A stretch of DNA of 64,000 nucleotides, taken from Candidatus Dojkabacteria bacterium. GTDB taxonomy: Bacteria > Patescibacteriota > Dojkabacteria > JAFGLO01. Location: contig JAFGLO010000008.1 of the NCBI GenBank assembly GCA_016927995.1, positions 2,074-66,073 of the forward strand. The letters run 5' to 3'. The position numbers and the translations under genes are program-made. The notes under the pieces are model-generated. The model searched no databases, had not been told where the DNA came from, and saw only the letters and a list, made by a program, of their open reading frames with translations. Below are positions 57,132-64,000 of the stretch, in pieces (positions within the stretch are counted from its first letter, which is position 1; each line of letters begins with the position of its first letter).

Positions 57132-57920
57132 ATGGAAGATAAAACAAAAGAGACTGCTTCTGCAACAGTGGTTCCCAAGAAAGGAAAGATAAGCTTTAAA
57201 GGAGTTCTTACATTTATCGTGGTGTTTCTTCTAGGTTGTGTTTTTACAGCTATTCTTGGAGGTGGTGTCTGGGCCATAAACAAATACATTTTGAATCCTA
57301 CGTCGGGTGAAACCAATGACGAATGCGAGGAGTGTGAAGAATGCGATGAATGTGATGAAGAAGGCTGTCCTGTTTGCGAAGAGTGTGAAGAACCCGAGGA
57401 TCGGACAGACACACTGTCGATTTCATATCTGGACGAACGTTTGTACATTACATATCCGATCGCATATAGGTCCGATATAAGCTATAGCTGGTCAGATTAT
57501 GGCGGAGGAGAGGGTCTTTTTGAATTGAATATAGATGGGGCAACTTTCTCTATCTCCTGGTATGACCCGATGGGTTGGGAAAGCTTTGGTTATCCGGATT
57601 TGTCGGTAGTTGAATTTGAAGAACTTACCCACAATAGTGGTGATACATTTATTCGTATTAGAGGTGAAAGAGATTACGAGGGGAATCACTCATATGCTTA
57701 CACTACAATGCGTGAAGGCGATCGTTGTAGAGATATTTTTTCTGAACCTACGGATGACTTTACAGGTATTCAATGTGGATTTGGACCATTTTCTGACGTT
57801 GGTGACATTGACGGACTTTTATTTGTTAGTCTAACAATTCCGGAAGGTTATTCGGAAAGTAGAATCAATGGTATCCTTGACGTAGCCGATGAAATTGTGG
57901 CTGGTTTGGATATGTATTAA
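57132..57920 (+). CDS. Membrane-anchored protein with (C-E/D-E) repeat linker
   Basis: TM followed by ECEECEECDECDEEGCPVCEECEE. Confidence 0.7.
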   Translation: MEDKTKETASATVVPKKGKISFKGVLTFIVVFLLGCVFTAILGGGVWAINKYILNPTSGETNDECEECEECDECDEEGCPVCEECEEPEDRTDTLSISYLDERLYITYPIAYRSDISYSWSDYGGGEGLFELNIDGATFSISWYDPMGWESFGYPDLSVVEFEELTHNSGDTFIRIRGERDYEGNHSYAYTTMREGDRCRDIFSEPTDDFTGIQCGFGPFSDVGDIDGLLFVSLTIPEGYSESRINGILDVADEIVAGLDMY

Positions 57921-58030
57921 AATTCTTGGGGTATAGTCGACAAATAATTATTCTTGGATTGTGTTCCAGGAATTAAGGATTGACTTATGACCAATATTTG
58001 ACTAAAATATGACCAACTTACTTAACGGTA

Positions 58031-59068
58031 TTGATCATATTTAATCCTATATATGCGTTAACTAATAATGTTTTAATAAATGTTCGACTAATCGGTATTT
58101 TGATTGGTGACTTAAACAGCAGGCTTGTTCCAACTCAAACATATATTAGGTTTGAACGTGAGGCACGGTGTTTGTCCTCATACTCGTCCACCAAGATAGA
58201 AGGAAATCCTTTGCCATTAACGGTAGTCAAAAAACTTATCAAGCAAAATCCCGTAAGTAAAAAGACCAATGAGATAGAGATTCTGAATTACAATCGAGCA
58301 CTTAAGTTTTTGCATAAGCAGATCAAATCACAGACACGGCTTAAGCTTACCACCAAATTTATTTGTGATGTCCACGCAATTGTTGTCAAGTCGCTTTTGC
58401 TTAGGGAAAAGGGGTATCGTACAGAACCTGTAATTGTTAACGATCCTGCCACTGGCCATGTAATTTATTACCCACCTGATCACAAAGACGTTGTCAAGTT
58501 GATGGACGAGCTACTTCAGTTCGTAAATGCTAACGTTGGCTGTATAGATCCGTTACTGCTTGCGGCGATTTTTCATAAACGATTCGTGATTATTCATCCG
58601 TTTGTTGATGGGAATGGAAGAACGGCACGGCTTATAACAACATTTATTTTGGCAAAACTCGGGCTTAATATGTTTAACATTTTCAGCTTCGAAAATTTTT
58701 ATAATAAAAATCTCTCGGAATATTTCGGATATATTGGTGTACTGGGTGACTATTACGATCTAAAGGATCAGATAGATTATACAGAATGGATAGACTTTTT
58801 TACAGAAGGAATAATTGACGAGTTAACTAGAGTTAAGACCTTGATTAGCACAGGGTTTAATCGACTTGGGTCTCATCTTAGGAAGCTTTTAGATTACATA
58901 AGCGAGTACGGTTCGATTAGCTCTTCGGAGTATGCAAAGTTGAGTAGGCGTAAGCGATCTACCAGAATTAATGATTTTAAGAAGTTGGTTGCGCTTGGCT
59001 TAATTAAGCGAATTGGTGAGAAGAAAGGCGCTTATTACGTGTTGGCCAATTCGACAACTGCTTCTTAA
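58031..59068 (+). CDS. Fic-family protein with C-terminal winged HTH
   Basis: SSTKIEGN (inhibitory motif) and HPFVDGNGRTAR. Confidence 0.9.
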   Translation: MIIFNPIYALTNNVLINVRLIGILIGDLNSRLVPTQTYIRFEREARCLSSYSSTKIEGNPLPLTVVKKLIKQNPVSKKTNEIEILNYNRALKFLHKQIKSQTRLKLTTKFICDVHAIVVKSLLLREKGYRTEPVIVNDPATGHVIYYPPDHKDVVKLMDELLQFVNANVGCIDPLLLAAIFHKRFVIIHPFVDGNGRTARLITTFILAKLGLNMFNIFSFENFYNKNLSEYFGYIGVLGDYYDLKDQIDYTEWIDFFTEGIIDELTRVKTLISTGFNRLGSHLRKLLDYISEYGSISSSEYAKLSRRKRSTRINDFKKLVALGLIKRIGEKKGAYYVLANSTTAS

Positions 59069-59136
59069 GGATCTTGCACATTTTCAGAAACTTAAATCGC
59101 TTTATTTTGATAACAGGGAATTGTTTAAGCTGCATT

Positions 59137-59382
59137 TTAAGAAGTCGAATTAACTAGCAACTCCTTTTCCTGCTTAGAGAGCTGTTTTATTTCGAGTTCC
59201 CGCTTACTGGCCGTTGACCTATCTTTTGCTTTCTCTGTGTAAACTAAGCGGAAGGGGAGCCTTGAGGCTACATATTTTGAACCCTTACCTGACTTGTGAG
59301 TTGCCAGTCTGGCGGGAAGATCCTTGGCAATACCTGTGTACAAGGTTCTATCGGCACATTTTAGTATGTAGATTGTGTAAAT
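59137..59382 (-). CDS. GIY-YIG nuclease (YhbQ/YazA, UPF0213); ATT start or pseudogene
   Basis: The frame extends to [18 protein letters not shown]...RL..H..GKGSKY...RELEIK. No ATG/GTG/TTG lies upstream of the GIY-like motif. Confidence 0.8.
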   Translation of the reverse strand: MYTIYILKCADRTLYTGIAKDLPARLATHKSGKGSKYVASRLPFRLVYTEKAKDRSTASKRELEIKQLSKQEKELLVNSTS

Positions 59383-59521
59383 AAATACAGTATATCAGTA
59401 GGTAGTGAAGTAGTGAAAGAGTCGAACGGTCCGCTGACGGTTTTGGTGAGATGTAATTTGCTTTATCACAAAGGTAAAAACTGTTTATATTTAGGTTGGA
59501 AAATGGTATAATACCAGTAGC

Positions 59522-59931
59522 GGGGATGAATGGCTTAGACGGGAATGATCTAAGCTAACTTCACGCGGTAAAAAGTGCCCCGACTTGTCGGGGATTACAA
59601 AAATGCCAACAATTTCGTAAACCGCTTTGTTGCTGGAGTTAAGACTCTTCTTAGCCCACAACTAGCGTACGCTGCTTAATTGCGCGTATGCGGAATGTGA
59701 CACTTGCCAGTGGGTAACGCATTCTGCAGTTTAATAGCACTGGTACACTTTTCCTTTGCTGTAAGTCCGGCAAAGTTTTGGTGTTAAAACAATTAGGGCT
59801 TGTTTAGCTAAAAGGCTTCTTTCCGGTCTTTTACTTTTGGCTAAACTGGCGAAATAGACCGGATAGTTACCGTAATTCGGGAAGTTAAGCTTCATTTTCG
59901 GACAGGGGTTCGATACCCCTCATCTCCACCA
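59522..59931 (+). ncRNA. ssrA: tmRNA
   Basis: 5' GGGGATG and 3' GGGGTTCGATACCCCTCATCTCCACCA. Tag ORF at 59605-59679: ANNFVNRFVAGVKTLLSPQLAYAA*. TATAAT upstream. Confidence 0.95.
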
Positions 59932-59938
59932 CTTAGTA

Positions 59939-60097
59939 GATACTTCTTTATCGAGGGGTGTCGAACCGTTCCCTATTAAAGCTCCTAGCGGATAGAGCTT
60001 CCCCTCATCTCCATATCTTGATACCTCTCACGAGAGGGGTATCGAACAGTTCTTGTTAAAGCCCCCTAGTGGATGGGGCTTCCCCTCATCTCGACCA
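59939..60097 (+). repeat. Two ~78-bp structured repeats ending in the tmRNA 3'-end sequence
   Basis: Units 59939-60013 and 60020-60097, each with two hairpins and a terminal CCCCTCATCTC. Confidence 0.85.
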
Positions 60098-60183
60098 AAC
60101 TGGAATAACCTTTTTTAAGTGCTGAAATTACCGTATAGGTAGTACATAATTATCTGGTTCATAATCCTATTTCTGGATGGTAT

Positions 60184-61002
60184 TCAGTCTTTATATATCA
60201 TTCCTTCTAGTTTGTTGAAACTTGTTAATTTTGTTTGAGCTTCTTTTTCGAGCTTTGATTCAATTCTAGAGTATTTCCTGTCTTTTCCCCATTCAAGTCT
60301 CGTAGATTGAGTATAAATTTTATTTCCCATTAAGAATTGTTTTTGTAGTGCTCTTTTTTTATGTAAGTCTCTCTTATATTTTTTTATTCCTATTAATAAA
60401 TCTTTGTAAACCATTTGTGGGCAAAGATAAAATACGTAATGAATACTATTTTTCTTGTCCGCTATAATGTTTATATGGAGATGTTTATTTTTTATTCTCT
60501 CAAATGTTTCTGTGTTATCTAGTTTATCCAACTCTGTGTAAAGAACTCCAAAGATCAGTTCGGAAAGGTTATATTTTGTCCAAATTCCATCCTTCTTCGG
60601 ATCGGTTGGAAAATGCTTGTAATACTTCGGTCTGAATAAGTGTATATGGCCATTCCTATAAGTGTCCCAAATAAGTTCGAAATATTGTGAGTAAAGTGGA
60701 GGAAAGTATATTTCGAAAAATTTCTTTACACTTAATTCTGGCTTAATGTCATTCAAAGTGCATACGTGTAACCTTCGACTTTTCTTCTCAATGTAACTTT
60801 CTGTTTGAAGAGTTTTGGTTGACTTATATGGAAATGATACTTTGCCAATAATCTCACATATTTGAAGACATGATTGAGATTGAAGAAAATTGGGTGAATT
60901 CCCTTTCTCGTCTTTACATCGCAGGATCTTCTCGAGATCGCTAACTGATAACTTTAACCAGTGAAAGAATGGGTAATTTTTGAGAAAAATTTTTCTACTC
61001 AT
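60184..61002 (-). CDS. Hypothetical protein (low GC, accessory)
   Basis: Lys-rich ORF with YRNGHIH (possible HEPN-like RxxxxH). Start at ATG 61002, after TATAAT. Confidence 0.6.
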   Translation of the reverse strand: MSRKIFLKNYPFFHWLKLSVSDLEKILRCKDEKGNSPNFLQSQSCLQICEIIGKVSFPYKSTKTLQTESYIEKKSRRLHVCTLNDIKPELSVKKFFEIYFPPLYSQYFELIWDTYRNGHIHLFRPKYYKHFPTDPKKDGIWTKYNLSELIFGVLYTELDKLDNTETFERIKNKHLHINIIADKKNSIHYVFYLCPQMVYKDLLIGIKKYKRDLHKKRALQKQFLMGNKIYTQSTRLEWGKDRKYSRIESKLEKEAQTKLTSFNKLEGMIYKD

Positions 61003-61276
61003 ACAATAATTATACATTAAAATTAGTTATATTCTGACTCTTTAATCAAAAAGAAATATGGGGTAGAGGTTTACGGAGGCTCTTTGTTAAAGTAATAATT
61101 AAGGAAGCTATATCGTTTCAAAGAGAATTTCCTTCTTGGGTTTGGATAGTTCGGACCCTCTAAAGAAATTTCCTGAGTTTATGACACCCTCAGACTTACG
61201 TGAGTATGCAAAGCAATTTTCACAAGTTACCGAGTGAAGCTGGTTACAAGCTTTTTCTTAAGTAGTATAATGGCGT

Positions 61277-61681
61277 ATGTGGAAATGTCCGAAGTGTAAA
61301 AGAGAATTTGCCAAAGAAAATCAGAGCCATTCGTGTGTTAGCTACCCAATAGAGAATCATTTTAAGAATAAGGATACTGCCAAACGGCTTTTTGACGCAT
61401 TGGTAAAAAAGATCACCAAGGAAATTGGTCCCGTAAAAATAGAATCATTGCCTTGTTGTATTCATCTTGTTAGTGACTATACTTTTGGAGCCGTCTGGGC
61501 GTTGAAAGATAGAATTAGAATTGATCTACGGGTTGATTATCCTCTTAAGAACATTGCTTTTTATAAAGAAGTTCAGATGTCCGCCAATAGATATCTGTAT
61601 TTTTTTGAGTTTAAGGATGAAGCCGATATTACTCCTCAGATTATGAAATTGCTAAAGGAATCTTACTTTCTAAATAAATAG
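61277..61681 (+). CDS. Zn-finger-like N-terminus with DUF5655-like domain
   Basis: MWKCPKCKREF..NQSHSC; ends LLKESY. Confidence 0.65.
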   Translation: MWKCPKCKREFAKENQSHSCVSYPIENHFKNKDTAKRLFDALVKKITKEIGPVKIESLPCCIHLVSDYTFGAVWALKDRIRIDLRVDYPLKNIAFYKEVQMSANRYLYFFEFKDEADITPQIMKLLKESYFLNK

Positions 61682-61822
61682 CTGCATAAAGAGTATCACG
61701 GGATAATCGGTGAGATATATTAACCTATGCGGCAGGAGGTTCAGGCTCTTCATTTAAACTCACTGTAGCCTTATTAAGGATTTTGACAGCCTGCTCACAA
61801 ATATCGGGGACATTTAGTGCAG

Positions 61823-62620
61823 TTAAGTATCCAAGGTCATTATGAAAGACAATTCCTCATATCCATAAACATTAAAAACAGATGGAGGATATTTTGATAC
61901 AGAAGTTGCTTTTAATAGCGGTGTTGTGCTTTCAGTAGATACAGGTTCAAGAGATAGTTGTACTTCCGGTATACAGTTTAGTAAATCAGAGAGTCTGTTT
62001 TGTATAAGGTGTATTAATCCGTTTATGGTAGATAGAGTTTCGGTAACACTTGCAGCGTTAAATTTCTCAATTTTGTAAAAGAGACCCACAAGAGAGGAGA
62101 AGAGTTCGGGATTTTCGTATGATCCATGCCCTTTGTGAACATGTATAAATCTGTCGGGTGATACACAGCAAGAAAATACTGAATTATCAGTCAGGGGGCG
62201 TGTGTGAGCGAATTTATCTGAGTCCGGTATGCCAGCCTTATATACACTAATCTGAAATGGTGAATCGGGCAATCTTGTTATTCTAAAAATATATTTAACA
62301 TTATCTAAGGACACATGCAGGTCAACAGCCGCTTCTGTGACTGCTTCTGTACTATCGTATTGCACCGTTTTTGATGTACATGTTCCAATCACTCTATAGG
62401 TTAGAACACTCTCTGGGTTGGGTTCCATTAATAAAAGATCACAATTCTCCGTAGTTATTGTACGTGGATGAGCTTCCCCATTATTTCCAGTTTGGATTGT
62501 TTGTTGATAATTTCCTGGAGTTACTCTCCCAATAATGGTTGGTAAGGATAAAAGTTCTATTAAGAACCTAGTTTGAGAACATAATTCTTCAGTCATTGAA
62601 TGACATTCTGTCTTTGCCAT
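61823..62620 (-). CDS. Hypothetical protein
   Basis: 265 aa ORF; no motif recognised. Confidence 0.55.
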   Translation of the reverse strand: MAKTECHSMTEELCSQTRFLIELLSLPTIIGRVTPGNYQQTIQTGNNGEAHPRTITTENCDLLLMEPNPESVLTYRVIGTCTSKTVQYDSTEAVTEAAVDLHVSLDNVKYIFRITRLPDSPFQISVYKAGIPDSDKFAHTRPLTDNSVFSCCVSPDRFIHVHKGHGSYENPELFSSLVGLFYKIEKFNAASVTETLSTINGLIHLIQNRLSDLLNCIPEVQLSLEPVSTESTTPLLKATSVSKYPPSVFNVYGYEELSFIMTLDT

Positions 62621-62751
62621 GTGGTTGGAGGAGTTATTTGGTTAGTAACGTAATAATATAGGGTATTATAACACCCCGTAGTATACAAAACAAGGCAAAA
62701 GCATGGATAGGGGCAGGTTACAAACACCTCTCTACACTGTATAATGATTGT

Positions 62752-64000
62752 ATGGCAAAATCCAAGGTAAAAGACTTGTTTTTAGTAATCGATGGAAACT
62801 CACTTTTCTTTCGAGCATATTACGCATATCCACAAACATTATCAACGGCTGATGGCACAATCGTAAACGCAGTGTACGGATTTATGACAATGTTTTTTAA
62901 AGCAATTGAAACATATAAACCACGCTATCTTGCAATAGCCTTTGATTACGATAGGGTGACTTTTAGAAAGGCCAAGATTGCATATTACAAAGCCCAGCGA
63001 AAAGAAACCGACGCATCACTTATTGAACAATATCCTTACCTGTTTGACATTCTTGATGCATTCAATATTCCAATGTATAGGGAAAAGGGTTTCGAGGCCG
63101 ATGATTTTTTAGGAACATTTGCAGAAAAATTTGAAAATGGCGGATTTATCAAGAAGTTAGACGGTGTAGAGACGGGTTTTCAACCTGTCCACGGAACCGT
63201 CACCAAACCCGCCAAGATGCTACTTGTAACAGGCGACAAAGACTTAAAACAGGCTGTATCGACAAAGGTTGATATGCTTTACATAACCGGTACATTTAAA
63301 AACCAAAAAATAATAACTGTAGACAACTTTAAGTCAGAATATAACTTTGAGCCACAATACTTTGATGACTATCTTGCAATTTGTGGAGACTCGTCGGATA
63401 ACATTCCGGGAGTAAAAGGAATAGGTCAGAAAGGCGCTCGTGAACTTGTTGAAAAATTCGGAAGCCTTGAAAATATGTACGAAAATATAGAGAAGGTAAA
63501 CGAATTTAACCCACGTTACGCAAAACTTTTAGTCGATAGCCAGCAGGAATCATACGAAAGTAAATTTCTAACTACACTTGAAACGTCTCTTGATATTGAC
63601 CTGTCGTGGCAAAATTATCTTGTGGATGATATTGATCCGGTAAAGGCGAGAAAAAAACTTCAATCATTTGGATTTAGAAGTCTTTTGGGTTCACTTGAGA
63701 ACATACTTAAGCTTTACAACATAAATGAAAATATAGATATAGAGGACTTTTCAGGGACAACAGGATACAAATTTGTTTCATATGATACGTGGTTAAAGCA
63801 ATTTGACCCCCAAAAGCCTGTGTCGATTGGGGTCATTGGCGGATCCGAACCTGCCGTTGTAGCAAATTCACTTTTTGACCAAAAGAAAGAGCCGAGATTA
63901 ACGTTTTGGGCCTGTCAAGATAAGAAAGTCACGTACAGTAGTGAAATAGTGAAACAGTTAAGTAGTGGAGTAGTTAAACAACTGGGTGGTGGAACGGTAA
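62752..64000 (+). CDS. polA: DNA polymerase I (partial; 5'-3' exonuclease domain onward)
   Basis: Not in the ORF track. IDGNSLFFRAYYA, NAVYGF, YKAQR, FEADD, VTGDKD and GDSSDNIPGVKGIGQK. Open to the window end. Confidence 0.93.
   Translation, partial: MAKSKVKDLFLVIDGNSLFFRAYYAYPQTLSTADGTIVNAVYGFMTMFFKAIETYKPRYLAIAFDYDRVTFRKAKIAYYKAQRKETDASLIEQYPYLFDILDAFNIPMYREKGFEADDFLGTFAEKFENGGFIKKLDGVETGFQPVHGTVTKPAKMLLVTGDKDLKQAVSTKVDMLYITGTFKNQKIITVDNFKSEYNFEPQYFDDYLAICGDSSDNIPGVKGIGQKGARELVEKFGSLENMYENIEKVNEFNPRYAKLLVDSQQESYESKFLTTLETSLDIDLSWQNYLVDDIDPVKARKKLQSFGFRSLLGSLENILKLYNINENIDIEDFSGTTGYKFVSYDTWLKQFDPQKPVSIGVIGGSEPAVVANSLFDQKKEPRLTFWACQDKKVTYSSEIVKQLSSGVVKQLGGGTV
63139..63213. repeat. In-frame 75-bp nested palindrome (REP-derived) inside polA
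   Basis: GGCGGATTT/AAACCCGCC, GACGGT/ACCGTC and core GTAGAGACGGGTTTTCAACCTGTCCAC. Confidence 0.7.

Noticed and set aside
57119-57448. Ser/His-repeat ORF on the minus strand
   Set aside because: Antisense shadow of the CEE repeat in 57132-57920.

Overview
This is a 64 kb chromosomal window from a low-GC bacterium using genetic code 11 (TGA is a stop). It is most likely a Patescibacteria/CPR member, possibly Dojkabacteria- or WWE3-like. That assignment is inferred from a short IF2, an archaeal-type AspRS, VirB2-like pilins, a VirB6-like/M23 locus, tRNA-Ile(UAU) and many apparently leaderless genes. Core genes include smpB, jag-yidC-rnpA-rpmH, rplY, a UvrD-nuclease fusion, infB, nusA, udg, galU, hsp20 with a CIRCE operator, metG, rsmA, dnaG, aspS, an Xer-like recombinase, yidD, tmRNA and the start of polA. 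The uvrD-infB intergenic region looks like oriC: it has DnaA boxes and a B. subtilis-like DnaA-trio unwinding element, yet dnaA is not in the window. Two parS-like palindromes lie about 33 kb away. The most novel-looking signal is a set of small non-coding repeats: (i) a ~95-bp covarying hairpin element, always embedded in AGTGAAGT-type octamer arrays, with 3 copies at 2 loci; (ii) GTAG-type REP/REPIN-like palindromes, one inserted in-frame in polA; and (iii) structured repeats derived from the 3' ends of tmRNA and tRNA-Ile. No transposase that could mobilise these elements is visible in the window. All calls come from reading motifs by eye; no database searches were run.
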